NCBI GenBank assembly: GCA_964016885.1
Contig: OZ024748.1
Location: forward strand, 17,980,001 to 18,044,000
Reading direction: 5' to 3'
Source: Eledone cirrhosa
Lineage: Eukaryota
DNA: 64,000 nucleotides
Shown: piece after piece, positions 30,513-43,815 of the stretch
Numbering within the stretch: position 1 is the first letter of the stretch
Layout of the letters: every line of letters starts with the position of its first letter
Notes under the pieces: model-generated
Seen by the model: only the letters and a program-made list of their open reading frames with translations
Database searches by the model: none
Told to the model about the DNA's origin: nothing
Translations under genes and position numbers: made by a program

Positions 30513-30894
30513 GTGAACCAGCAGATGAGATGAAACCAATCAGAATCTCTATTGAAGAAAGTTAAATAGAAAACAGTTGGAAAACAAATATGGTAGATGT
30601 AGAGTGTTAAATATAAAATGGCTGAACACACAACATCTGAGACTGTTTGGAGTGGAGTGTGAGTATGAGTATTTTTGAGTGAGAGTGTAGAGAGAAATAG
30701 GAGGGGAAGAGGAGAAAAGAGAGATATGAAGAAGAAGGAGGAGGAGAGGGAGTGAGTGAGAGGAAGGAGATAGATAGACAAATAGACAGACAAATGGACG
30801 GACAGATAGACAGGCAGGTAGACATGCAGAGAGACAGATGTACAGACAGGCAGGTAGATAAGTGGATGGATGGATGGATAGATAGATAGATAGA

Positions 30895-31090
30895 TATGGC
30901 AAAAGGTACCCAGCACACACTGTAAATGTGGTTGACGCTAGGAAGGGCATCCAGCCAGGGAAAACCAGCCAGAAACAGTCCTATATGAGCGAGACACGGT
31001 CACCCGACCCAACTTGCCTCTAAATGGGATAAACCCGTCTAGCCCATGCTAGCTTGGAAAATGGACGTTAAACGATGATGATGATGATGA
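30895..31090 (+). mobile_element. Meta-like module + RTE-type tail SINE fragment
   Basis: aatgtggttgacgctaggaagggcatccagcc...cccatgctagcttggaaaatggacgttaaac(gat)n. Confidence 0.7.
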
Positions 31091-31109
31091 TATATAGATA
31101 TATAGATAT

Positions 31110-31475
31110 GTTTCTTTATTAGCCACAGGGGCACAAAAGAAGGGGACAAATACAAAGGGGGAAGTTTACATACAATAAAAACGTGTAAAATGCTATCACA
31201 AATGTAATTTAAAAATTAATCAATTTTCCCCAATAGGGGGAGACATTTCATATGGGTAACACATACCCTTGAAAAAATGTGCAACCCTCATCTCCAGGAG
31301 TACGAAGAGTTTGTACCCCTTTCCTCTCTTCCTCCTTTTCCTCAACCTACAGGCTGATATAGAGAAAAGGCCCATTCACTCGGGCCATTCTCGCCACTTT
31401 CGCCCACCTTTCATAAAACTTGCTGGGGTACAGCACCTCTCTCTCCATCCTGATTCTTCTTCCAAAGTGGTATTT

Positions 31476-31478
<3 letters not shown>
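31110..31478 (-). mobile_element. Tx1/L1-like LINE 3' end
   Basis: Minus strand reads FKYHFGRRIRMEREVLYPSKFYERWAKVARMARVNG, then a 3' UTR ending aataaagaaa; flanked by GATA-type repeats. Confidence 0.5.
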
Positions 31479-31506
<28 letters not shown>

Positions 31507-31689
31507 CAATAGATCGGCAGAGACATGCAGGTAGGGTAGGTGGGTGGGTGGGTGGGGTGAAAGATTGATACATCATCATTTTAAAATCCATCTTTTCCCA
31601 AAATGACTTGTGCCATATGGACACACACAAACTGTAAGCATACACCCACATACATACACACGCATACACACATATCAACAAACATGCCC

Positions 31690-31820
31690 CCCACACACAT
31701 ATACACACAGACAGATTAACAAACACACTCATATACACAAACACACAAGCATGACACACGGATCAAGAAACCTGCCCCCTCCCTCCATATACACACACAC
31801 ACATACATGCAAAATGCACT

Positions 31821-31852
<32 letters not shown>

Positions 31853-32100
31853 GACAGATTAACAAACACACTCATATACACAAACACACAAGCATGACAC
31901 ACGGATCAAGAAACCTGCCCCCTCCCTCCATATACACACAAACACATACATGCAAAATGCACTCACACACACACATATACACACAGACAGATTAACAAAC
32001 ACACTCATATACACAAACACACAAGCATGACACACGGATCAAGAAACCTGCCCCCTCCCTCCATATACACACACACACATACATGCAAAATGCACTGATC
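31690..32100. repeat. About 140-bp tandem repeat, 3 copies, CA-rich
   Basis: cagacagattaacaaacacactc...cggatcaagaaacctgcccc three times. Confidence 0.9.
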
Positions 32101-32623
32101 AAGAAACATGCTCCACACACACAAACCCACATTCACACACAGACACACACTCACACAAACATACCCATACTCGCACACACGTGCACTCAAACACACTCAC
32201 ACAAACCCACATACACACAACACACACTCACTTACACTCACACACACACACATACACACACTCACACACATTCACATACACAAATAGACCCACACTCATA
32301 ACTCACACAAACATACACCCACACTCACACACAAGCTCACATTCACATACACAAACAGACCCACACGAAAACAACACACACACACACACACACGCACACA
32401 CATTCACACTCACATACACACTGACACACCACATCTGTTTCCAAACAACTGGCAAAAAAAAACAAAAGTATAGAATTATTTCTGTTTTGGTTTCTGTTTT
32501 TCTGGTTTGTTTATCTGTTTTTTTTTTTTATGAATCAAAATCAATCAGAAAGAAAACAGTAAATATATGAAGAAACACAGGTGTAGGTATAGCTGTGTGG
32601 TAGTGGTTGTGGTGGTGGTGGCA

Positions 32624-32668
<45 letters not shown>

Positions 32669-32774
32669 GACAGTTGCAATGTTGTTGTTTTCTGTTATCA
32701 CCATCATATATATATATATTTATATATAACATATGGTTGTGTTTGTATGTGTATATATATAAGTGTGAACCTAA

Positions 32775-32960
32775 TATAATTGTTTCTACTTTAGGCACAA
32801 GGCCAGCAATTACCCAGTGCATTACTGGTACTTTATTTTATCGACCCCGTAAGGATGAAAGGCAAAGTCAACCTCGGCGGGATTTGAACTCAGATCGTAA
32901 AGGGATGTAACTATGCTGGAAAGCATGGCGTCCGACTCTCTACCGATACTGCCAATCCAA
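32775..32960 (-). mobile_element. SINE family B (Nin-like)
   Basis: Near-identical to 42498-42680. Confidence 0.85.
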
Positions 32961-32998
32961 TTGTGTAAAAATTGTATTGTTTGTTTTCATTTATTAAC

Positions 32999-33042
<44 letters not shown>

Positions 33043-33047
<5 letters not shown>

Positions 33048-34042
33048 GTAAAGAGCCAGGAGGATATAATCCAGAGTATGTAGAGATCTCAGTCGAGAGG
33101 ACGAGTTTGGTATAGAGTTAGTTCCACAACTAAATTAGCAAACTATACTTGAGGACATGCGTTTCACCGAGTGGATTTTCAACTTGTGTAGAGCTGTAGT
33201 GAAAATGGAAGTGTATATAAGGTGACTCAATTTTGTGTGATGGATGGCGATATTTTGGTGATAAGGGAGATAGCTGAAATTAGACAGATGCTAGGGAGAC
33301 AATTTTCATTTCAGTTAGTTCATTCCAGGTAAGAATTAAGGTTATCCTGGTTCTTTCAAGTTACGTGAAAGGTACATCACAGCCTGGGCAGCGATTAACA
33401 AATTCTGCTCTTGTGTTAAAGCAAGTACTATTATGTAAACTCTGCAAAATATTCACTCTTTCATCAGTACACAGCTTACGGGACTTTTCCTCATTTCCGT
33501 ATGGCCTGGATCAGACCAGAACTTTCCATTGAATGGAATAATTCACGTCTGCATCTTTGAGTGACCATATGTGGCTTGCCAGCTTCGTGGACGATTGCTT
33601 ATCAGAGTGTCTGAAGGTCATCTGATGGCTATGGAAGCCCTCTGACATGCCTACATTTGTTTTGACCTCCTGCTGTTAATTTGGTCGAGTGAATGTAACT
33701 TCAGCGTCATAGACTACTGTGGGTATATTACACCGTTGTTGAAGAGAGCGTGCTTCTGTCTTTCTGCAAGAGCACCCAGCTGGGATTGAGCTCTTGGGGT
33801 TGGTGGTTATGTGGGCTTTCATATTTTTAACACAGGAATATCTGAGTATCACCCTGGGTCTATAGAAGATATGTCTGTATTTATGTTGTATCAGGAAGTG
33901 TTTGTCTAGGATTGCCAAGAATTTCCTACCTACATTGGTTCTAACACTTCCGTTTTCATCACAGCCATACATGGGTTGAAAATCCACTCGATGAAACACG
34001 TGTCCTCAAGTATGGTTTGCTAATTTGTTATGGAACTAACTC
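33043..34042 (-). mobile_element. 5'-truncated Penelope-like element with inverted pLTR piece
   Basis: Inverted repeat 33116-33183 and 33975-34042 carrying GAAAC-ACGT-GTC brackets a GIY-YIG coding relic; flanked by (TA)n/(TC)n. Confidence 0.8.
33361..33975 (-). pseudogene. Penelope-like (Naiad-type) RT thumb / Cys-linker / GIY-YIG endonuclease remnant
   Basis: VRTNVGRKFLAILDKHF..HKYRHIF..YSCVKNMKAHI..GCSCRK..C..VVYDAEVT, then after a stop NVGMSEG..HQMTFRH..STKLASHIWSLKD..YSIQWKVL..KLCTDE..NTRAEFVNRC. Contains stops and deletions. Confidence 0.8.
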
Positions 34043-34051
34043 TCTCTTGCC

Positions 34052-34125
<74 letters not shown>

Positions 34126-34162
34126 GTGTGTGTATGTATGTATGTGTGTGTGTATACGTATG

Positions 34163-34198
<36 letters not shown>

Positions 34199-34218
34199 TA
34201 TATATATATAGATATATG

Positions 34219-34497
34219 TATCATCATTTTATTTCATTTTACGTCCGCTTATCCCTGCTTTCAAGGGTGGGATGGGAACTGATTCTGGCTTGATTTCTAC
34301 AGCTGGATGCCCTTCCTAACACCAACCTCATTTATAGTGAGTGCTAGGTACTTTTTTGCCGTGGCGCCTACACGACCACTTTACAGTGGAATGATAGGGA
34401 CCCCAGCTGAGTAAACTGGAGCAATGTAAAATAAAGTGTCTTGCTCAAGGAAACAACACATCACCCGGTCTGAGAATTGAACTCACAACCTTTCGAT

Positions 34498-34500
<3 letters not shown>
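34219..34500 (-). mobile_element. SINE family A, truncated
   Basis: Matches 35152-35460 with an internal deletion. Confidence 0.85.
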
Positions 34501-34537
<37 letters not shown>

Positions 34538-35079
34538 CACACATATATAGATTGTCTGTACTACGAAACAGTTTTTTGAAGATATATTCTCTTTGTTTCT
34601 TATCTGCTTATATTTATCTTTAGCTTGTATGTATATGTGGAGGGTATATATATATGTGAGATGGGTGTATATATGTGTGTGTCTGTATATGTGTGGGGTG
34701 TATATAAGTGTGTTTATGTGATTGTGTGATGGGTGTATATATGTATATGTGTGTGTCTGTATGTATATGTGTGGGGTGTGTATAAGTGTGTGTATATATG
34801 TGTGGGTAGTAGATGTGTATATATATAAACCAGTATAACAATATCTTGAAATATATGTGTGTGTATATATAAATATATTTAGATAAATGCACACATGAGC
34901 ACCTACATCTACACATTAGCACACACATAGACAAACATATTTATATATATATATATATGCATATACACCCACCCACATATACACACACACACATATATAT
35001 ATATGCCCCCCCACACATATACATACAAACACACAGTTATATGGGTGAACTTACAGTAACTTCAAGTTACACTCCAAGC

Positions 35080-35110
<31 letters not shown>

Positions 35111-35117
35111 CACACAT

Positions 35118-35599
<482 letters not shown>

Positions 35600-35600
35600 T

Positions 35601-35910
35601 GATGGAGGCACATGGCTTAGTGGTTAGAGCATTGGCCTTGCAATCGAAAGGTTGTAAGTTCAATTCTCAGACCGGGTGATGTGTTGTTTCCTTGAACAAG
35701 ACACTTTATTTCACATTGCTCCAGTTTACTGAGCTGTAGAAATGAGATGATAGGGACTGGGGTCCATATCATTCCACTGCAAAGTGGTCGTGCAGGTGCC
35801 ACGGCAAAAAAGCACCCAGCACTCACTGTAAATGAGGTTGGTGTTAGGAAGGGCATCCAGCTGTAGAAATCAAGCCAGCATAAGCGGACGTAAAATGAAA
35901 TGATGAATGA

Positions 35911-35912
<2 letters not shown>
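35601..35912 (+). mobile_element. SINE family A (head-to-head partner of 35152-35500)
   Basis: Same modules, with a tail deletion. Confidence 0.9.
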
Positions 35913-35962
<50 letters not shown>

Positions 35963-36300
35963 CGAGAGAGAGATGTAAAATCCCGATTGCGTGTGCATGT
36001 GTGTGTATATATATTTAAATGTACCTATAAACCAGTATAACTATGTTGATATATATATGTGTGTGTATATCTGTCTATTTGTTTCTTTGGTGTTGTTGTT
36101 TTCATTGTTATCGATGTTGTTATTGCTGCTGTCGTTGTTGAAGCCATTTTCATTGTTATTGCTGTCATTATTGTTGTTATTGTTGTTGTTGTTGTTGTTA
36201 CTGTTCATATTATTATTGTTTTTGTTGTTGTTGTTGATGTCATCGTTTTTATCATTGCTATTGTTGTTGTTGATGTCATTGTTTTAATCATTGCTATTGT

Positions 36301-36336
<36 letters not shown>

Positions 36337-36664
36337 CATTGCTGTTCATATTGTTGTTGTTGATGTCACTGTTTTATGTCATTGTTTTTATTGTTGTGTC
36401 ATTGTTATTGTTGTTGCATCTGTCATCGAAGTTTTCTTTTCACTTGAAGAGGTGAGATATTTGCATTTTTCATCACATTCCATCGACAGAAAGAAATGCA
36501 ACGGATTCAAGTCCTTCCGGCTTCCTGGTTTGCTTTTCTTTACAAACGTGTGATGCTACAGGAAAACAAAGAAGCACCCAACCTCCATCACCATCACCAC
36601 CAAAAAAAAAACACCAAAATAAAATTTTAAATAATAAATAAATGAATAAATAAACAAATTAGTA

Positions 36665-36850
36665 AAGGTGCAAGCTTGTCTGTGTGGTTAAGATGTTCAT
36701 TTCAGAACCTTCTAGATGTGTGTGTGTGTGTTCAAGCCTACTGTACAGTATTTTAGGCATGTGTTTCTCTACTGTAGCCTAAAGTTGAGTAAAGCCTTAT
36801 GAATGGAATTTTGTACATGGAAACTGCAGAAGCCTGTTGTATGTGTCTAG
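36665..36850 (+). mobile_element. Decayed octopus-type tRNA/CORE SINE
   Basis: ctgtgtggttaag...aggcatgtgtttctctactgtagcct...aaagccttatgaatggaattttgtacatggaaactgcagaagcctgttgta; similar remnant at 51640-51750. Confidence 0.55.
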
Positions 36851-36869
36851 TCTATGTGTGTATATAATG

Positions 36870-37121
36870 TGAAGAACCCCTAGCCTTTGTCAGGGCATTC
36901 TTCTAAGAGAAGGCAACTCAGGAAACTGGGATAACTCCGACATAAAACCTGCAGCTCAGTAGTTACCAATGATGTTGATCTTTTCTTCTTTTCAGGTTAT
37001 AGCTACTGTCGCTCAGAGAGTGGGAGTGGCTCAATGCAGAGTCTTTCCTCACTTAAAAGTAAAATCTTCACGCACAGACATTGCACGATAGAATTAATTA
37101 ATAATTTAATAATGAGGGGCA

Positions 37122-37125
<4 letters not shown>
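36870..37125 (+). mobile_element. RTE 5'-UTR-like dispersed repeat
   Basis: cccctagcctttgtcagg...agaaggcaactc...ccaatgatgttga...gagagtggga shared with 62760-62950 and partly 49815-49950. Confidence 0.55.
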
Positions 37126-37170
<45 letters not shown>

Positions 37171-37454
37171 TATTGAAGTTTGCTTGAAGCATTGTGGAAT
37201 AATAAGGTAAATTTCTTTAAGTCGTTTGGAAGCCTCGACAATGCAGATGGGTAAATCTCCGGGTAACAAGATCCAATGGTGGAGAGAGAGATGTAAGTGG
37301 GTGTACGTTGAGATGCGTGGTGTGTAGAGGAATGAAGGAAAGAGCGTAAAGGATAAAAATAAAAATAACAACACGAGCGAGAGTTACCTTGGGAGAGATT
37401 TAATTGTCCCTATATATTTCGGATTCACATCCATCAACTGGGGGGTTTTTATAT

Positions 37455-37898
37455 GGCATACATGACTTTTAGCGGTCGCAATAATGAAAGTAAATTTATT
37501 TTCATTTTCGAACGTCATGTTTTCATTTTGTGTGTGTGTTTAAACGAAACATGCTGGCGACGAAATTTCTTCTTTGCGCGGCACCATGTGTTCTCTATGA
37601 GCTGTGTGTGCACATCAGGGTCCGCAAGATCTACAAAGTTCCGTTCGTGCACCACAACATCATGAACGTAAATCCCACCTTCAATTTCCTCCATTTCCGA
37701 ATAGGAAGCCCAACCATCGGAGATGATGCGACTGCCTGGCAAAATCCCTGCTGAATGATGGGGAAGAGAGTGTCACAGCTTCGATTTGGGACTTCTACAA
37801 GACAGCAGCGTCCAGAATGGCGGACTCACCATTCTGCAAGCCTCATTACAAGATTACTTCGGTATTGAGTTCTCTTCTCTAAACCGTCAACTACACAC

Positions 37899-37947
<49 letters not shown>

Positions 37948-38092
37948 CAGTTAAAACGACAGAGGCTCTGATTTTGTCTTTAATCTCAGTAACTAATTTA
38001 GATCTAAACACACACACAAAATGTAAACACGACGTTCGAAAATGAAAATAAATTTACTTTCATTTTTCAGACCGCTAAAAGTCATGTATGTC
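37455..38092 (-). mobile_element. Merlin-superfamily DNA transposon deletion derivative
   Basis: 88-bp TIRs 37455-37542 and 38005-38092 (ggcatacatgacttttagcggtc...) with an internal transposase relic. Confidence 0.8.
37543..37801 (-). pseudogene. ISXO2/IS1595-like (Merlin) DDE transposase fragment
   Basis: LVEVPNRSCDTLFPIIQQ/ILPGSRIISDGWASY..H.VVVHERNFVD...VHTQLIENTWCRAK, the SDxWxxY...HTQxIE motif, with one frameshift. Confidence 0.85.
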
Positions 38093-38337
38093 TATATATA
38101 TATGAGTTTTTTACATTCATTTAATTTATTAATTTATTGATATTTTATTTGAGTGACCCGAATCTTCCTGGTCGTTCTTTTTCGGCTGCACGGGTGATTT
38201 TAGGCATGATCTCTATGTGTTGGTAATTTAACGATGGTTATAGCTCTGATTTATCCAAATTATTGAGCCCTCTGCCACACATGTCGGATATTGTTTATCG
38301 TGATTTCGTGGGCTGATATTCCGATTCTCGATTATTC

Positions 38338-38380
<43 letters not shown>

Positions 38381-38651
38381 AGGGCATTGTTTCATAGGGC
38401 TACCAGGAGACAAGTCCACCCCCACCCCCAACTTTTTCAAACGTCTATGTTCTCTTTTTTGTTTATTTGATATAATAAATTCTTTTTGTGCTTATTTTTT
38501 TTATATCTGAACTTCATTTGAATATATAAAATTTAATTAGCGTAAAATTTTACTTATGTGATAGGGTCCGAGAAAGGCACCATAACATGCTCCTTTAAGA
38601 ATCAACAAATGTTGGTTTGTCCCCCTCACATTTTTAAGGCAAACGGGACCC

Positions 38652-38712
<61 letters not shown>

Positions 38713-39094
38713 GTGTAATGAATTCTTTTACAATAAAATTAGCTCAAAGAAAGAAATATTTCTGAGCCGTGTATAAACTAATATATATGATGAAACACAA
38801 ATACCAACATATCTGTATTTATATTGCAAAAGAGAATTTAGCCAGAATGAAGTATACTAATTATAATATTCCAGTTTGTCCAAATCGATTTAAAATAATA
38901 AATCAACAAAGACGAACTGTATTGCCATATATATATATATATATGTGTGTATGTGTGTCTCTGCTTCTTGTTTCCTCGAACTATATATATATATATAGTT
39001 AAAGAATGAAGAGTAACATGGTTGGCTGTATAAATAAGGGCTTTATTTAAAGTACAGCCTCTAACTGGATTACCTATAACGATAACTTGTTATC

Positions 39095-39138
<44 letters not shown>

Positions 39139-39183
39139 AAGTTAAATAAAAAGTCAAATGTTTAAAATTTAGCTTCGTTTATT

Positions 39184-39238
39184 ACTGCTATATATATTTC
39201 AGTGACAGCCATCTTTGGCTGTGACCTCTTCAGGCAGT
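39184..39238 (-). ncRNA. Minimal type I hammerhead ribozyme motif
   Basis: actgc-CTGAAGA-ggtcacagcca-aaga-tggctgtcact-GAAA-T-ATAT-A-TA-gcagt, followed by aataaa; all three stems pair. Confidence 0.75.
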
Positions 39239-39348
39239 CCTAATTAGTGTAGTATAGACAAGTACATATGTTGTTGAGGTGTATAATTTTGTCAATACTC
39301 TGATATGCCCAGTTCCTGGTTGGGTTGTTATTTCACTGAGGAACTGGA

Positions 39349-39392
<44 letters not shown>

Positions 39393-39914
39393 AAAATAAA
39401 CGATGCTGCTGATATATTGTTTTTTTTTTTCTCTCTCTCTCTCCCACTTGTTGTTAATACAGTTTCAGAACTTATGTTTGGCCCTTTCTTTTTCCTTTGG
39501 TTACTACCAAACTTTCATGTTCAGCTGCCTTCGTCTTTTCCCCTTTCTCTATCGGTATGTCTTAATTTCTTTAGTTCTTGTTTTTTTTTGTCGGTCTCTT
39601 TGTTATCGTCCATTGTGTTTTTTTATTAACGCACTGTGGTGAAATGTGCTGTTCTTTAATGCATTCGAAACACCAGTGATCCACAGAAGGCAACAGATGA
39701 ACAGGAATTGTCCTTGTGTTTGTGTTTTCTCTCAAGTTTTCTAAATGATATTTATTGGTAACCACACAGCCCCGTTCTCACTTTTTTAATTCATATATAT
39801 ATATGTATGTGTGTGTGTGTGTTTTCTTTTATGGCAAGGTACAAAAATAAAAATAAACCTCACAACCCATTACCACTATACATACAAACTTGTTGCTTGA
39901 AATACACCAACGCA

Positions 39915-39966
<52 letters not shown>

Positions 39967-40134
39967 AATACTGTTGGCTTCTTACTACAATACTTTCTAT
40001 ACCTTTCATTTATTTATATATATATATATATATATAATAACATCTCGACAACTACACTTCATAAAATAAATTGAAGTGAAAGCAACTGGTGCGTGTGTTT
40101 CTTATTGGCAACATGACCCTCCCAAAGTATAACA

Positions 40135-40170
<36 letters not shown>

Positions 40171-40192
40171 GGGGGGAGGATGCATACACAAT

Positions 40193-40241
<49 letters not shown>

Positions 40242-40797
40242 CCCTTGCCTTTCCCTTCCTTTTCCATTTTTAAACATTTATGTAAGGGTGGCAGATGACG
40301 TCGTCAGACAAATTTACTTTGCGACATTTGTTCCGACTCTTTACATTCTGAGTTCAAATCCCACCCAAGGTTTGTAATGTTATTTATTGAAGTGTTTGGT
40401 TGATTTGAAATTTGAAATATTAGAATCCAAACACAGATTCACTACAATGATAATAGTGTTCAAAAATTCTGTAATTAACTGTATCTGTTGTTGATGCAGC
40501 TGTGCCAACCTCTAAAAACCTAAACAGGGAGTACTGTGAACAGGGAGAAATGGGGTAAAATAGGGAGATTTTACATAATGAAAGCTATACCCATTTTCAC
40601 AAGAGAAGATATCTCTTACCCACCCCCAAAGAGTTGACAGGTTTGTTAATGACATAGCTACTCTCTAGACCAGAGGTTCTGAAACTTTCTGGGCCACCCA
40701 TGCCAAACCACCCACCCCACCCCACCTCCACAACTAGCTCAACACATCCAGCACCACCACCCCTCCCACTACTCTCCCACATACTAGAAAATGATTC

Positions 40798-41025
40798 TTT
40801 TTTTCTTTTATTTTATTTTATTTTATTTTATTTTATTTTATTTTATTTTATTTTATTTTATTTTATTTTATTTTATTTTATTTTATTTTATTTTATTTTA
40901 TTTTATTTTATTTTATTTTATTTTATTTTATTTTATTTTATTTTATTTTATTTTATTTTATTTTCTTTTCTTTTCTTTTCTTTTCTTTTCTTTTCTTTTC
41001 TTTTCTTTTCTTTTCTTTTCTTTTG
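40798..41025. repeat. (TTTTA)n then (TTTTC)n pentanucleotide array
   Basis: Direct reading. Confidence 0.97.
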
Positions 41026-41264
41026 TATTTTACTTTTTTCTTACAATAAATTCATGAGGAATGATTTGAAGAAAAGTTGAGAACATTACATATGTATATG
41101 TATGTATATATATATATATATATATGTATATTTGTGTATATATATGTATATATATATATATATTTGTGTATATATATATGTATATATATATATTTGTGTG
41201 TATATATATGTATACAGATATATGTATACAGATATATATATATATATATATATAAATATATATT

Positions 41265-41312
<48 letters not shown>

Positions 41313-41315
41313 TAT

Positions 41316-41401
<86 letters not shown>

Positions 41402-41470
41402 TACAAATTTATATATATATATACAAACACATACACACATGCACATATATATATATACACATACACACAC

Positions 41471-41524
<54 letters not shown>

Positions 41525-42044
41525 ACACACACACACTCATACATACTAATTTCTATGTACATTTGAATGTATAAATTAGTTACCAAGTATGACCTCAGTT
41601 TTCTGCTACTGTTGATGCTGATGATACTACTGATGGCGCATCCCATGTCCCACCCAACCCATCTACTTCCCCATCTGCCCCCCTGACCCCCCCCCCCCTC
41701 CACACACACACACAGAAAAGAAGATGGTAAGAAGGTGGAAGTGGAGAGAGAGAAGAAGAAAGAAAAAGTTTTAAAATGACAGTAAAAAAAACCTTCCCCA
41801 CCCACATATACACAGAAATCAGTTGGCTGGCAGTTACCCGCCAACCCACCCCTACAAAAAAATAATTTGAAACTGTTTTGCATTACATTGATTTATGAAA
41901 TCTTTGAGAGAGATGAAAGAACTTAGTGAATTTAATATCTTTTATTTTCTGATTGCAATGATAACAACAAAAACTAAATAGAAGTCAACAAGGAAAAACA
42001 AGGGCAAAAAAATGGTATGAGTGCTCAATAACAACAATAACAAT

Positions 42045-42690
42045 AATAATAATGATTTCTGATTTTAGGCACCTGGCCAACAATTTTTTGGGGAAAGTAA
42101 AGTCAATTAAATTGACCGCAGTGCATTACTGGTGCTATATTTTATAGACCCCATAAGGATGAAAGGTAAAAATAACCTAGGTGGGATTTGAGTTTAGAAC
42201 GTAAAGGGCCATAACTCTACGGCACTAAGCATGTCTGACACCTTACCGATTCTGCCAATCCACTACCCTTACTAATGATAATAATAATGATTTCTACTAT
42301 AGGCACAAGCCCAGTAATTTCATTAAATCAACCCCAGTACGTTACTGGTGCTTTATTTTATCAACCCCGTAAGGATGAAAGGCAAAGTTAACCTCAGCGG
42401 GAATTGGACTCAGACCATAAAGGACCGTAACTCTATGCTGCAAAGCATGGTGTCCGACTCTCTACCAATACTGTCAATCCACTGCCCTTACTAATGATAA
42501 TTGTTTCTACTTTAGGCACAAGGCCAGCAATTACCCAGTGCATTACTGGTACTTTATTTTATCGACCCCGTAAGGATGAAAGGCAAAGTCAACCTCGGCG
42601 GGATTTGAACTCAGATCGTAAAGGGACGTAACTATGCTGGAAAGCATGGCGTCCGACCCTCTACTGATACTGCCAATCCACCGCCCATAC
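42045..42690 (-). mobile_element. Three tandem family-B (Nin-like) SINEs
   Basis: Copies at about 42045-42270, 42280-42490 and 42495-42690, each preceded on + by (aat)n. Confidence 0.85.
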
Positions 42691-42715
42691 TAATGATAAT
42701 GATAATAATAGTAAT

Positions 42716-42935
42716 AAAAAAATTGTACTGACTGATACTGCCCATGTCCTGAAAAGGACATTAACAATTTTAAAACTTTGCAAGGACATTTACTGTTGTT
42801 TGTGCCCTTGTGGCATCATTTGTGTGACAATTGATTGTAAAATGTGTGTATATCAAATTGTACCTCAGGTGCCAGATTGACACTCGGCATGATTTGGGAA
42901 AGAAGCAGAATTCAAAGGAAGTTTCAGATAATAAT
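42716..42935 (+). mobile_element. RLE-type non-LTR retrotransposon extreme 3' end
   Basis: KKIVLTDTAHVLKRTL resembles the QKxxLxGTAxILRxxL terminus, followed by a UTR and (ATA)n. Confidence 0.5.
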
Positions 42936-42958
42936 AATAATAGTAATAATAATAATAA

Positions 42959-43488
42959 TGGCACCTATGCAAAGTAAACAATCTACCACATTCTGAGAAG
43001 TGGTATGAGCATAAGCCAGAGTCGGTGATAGAAAACGATCAGGTGAAGGTGCTGTGGGATTTTAGGATACAGACGGACAAGAAACTGGAACGCAATAGAC
43101 CTGGCCTGGTGGTTTTAGACAAGGAAAAAAGATTGTGCCTGATTGTGGATGTAGCCGGCCCATTCGACACGAGAGTGCAAGAGAAGGAGAGGAAGAAAAT
43201 TAACCGATACCAGGACTTAAAGTGGGAGGTAAAAAGGATTTGGAACTGTCATGAGGTCAGGCGCACTAGGTACTATCTCAAAGAGTTTCCAAGGATGGTT
43301 AAAGAAAATTGGTCCCGCCCCGCTTTTTGGAACACTTCAAAAGGCATGCTTGCTGGAAACAGCAAGAACCCTCCGATACGTCCTGAATATCTGAGGCTGC
43401 AGGTAGTGGCTTGATATTCATTTCAACAAACTTTCTAGTTAAATAACATCAATGACTGAGACTCAGAGAACAATAATAATAATAATAA
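42959..43488 (+). mobile_element. R4/Dong-like non-LTR retrotransposon 3' fragment (restriction-like endonuclease)
   Basis: WHLCK..SEKWYEHKPESVIENDQVKVLWDFRIQTD..NRPGLVV..IVDVAGPFD..EKERKKINRYQDL, then GALG.. and LQKACLLETARTLR after frameshifts; (AAT)n on both sides. Confidence 0.85.
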
Positions 43489-43815
43489 TTGTTTCTATTT
43501 TAGGCACAAGGCCAGCAATTACCCAGTACATTACTGGTACTTTATTTTATCGACCCCGTAAGGATGAAAGGCAAAGTTAACCTCGGCGGGATTTGAACTC
43601 AGATCATAAAGGGACGTAACTCTATGCTTCATAATAATAATTGTTTCTACTTTTGGCACAAGGCCAGCAATTACCCAGTACATTACTGGTACTTTATTTT
43701 ATCGACCCCGTAAGGATGAAAGGCAAAGTTAACCTTGGTGGGATTTGAACTCAGACCGTAAAGGGACGTAACTATGCTAGAAAGCATGGCGTCCAACCCT
43801 CTACAGATACTGCCA
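43485..43815 (-). mobile_element. Two tandem family-B SINEs
   Basis: About 43485-43630 (5'-truncated) and 43632-43815. Confidence 0.85.

Noticed and set aside
33509-33514. In-frame TGA in the Naiad-like ORF as selenocysteine
   Set aside because: Not at a Cys-motif position, likely CGA-to-TGA decay, and the ORF has other lesions.
35601-35675. tRNA gene
   Set aside because: A/B-box head of a SINE that continues into the SINE body; the same holds for the other heads.
38380-38656. Possible MITE ending cccctg-TA
   Set aside because: Could not establish matching termini or a second copy.
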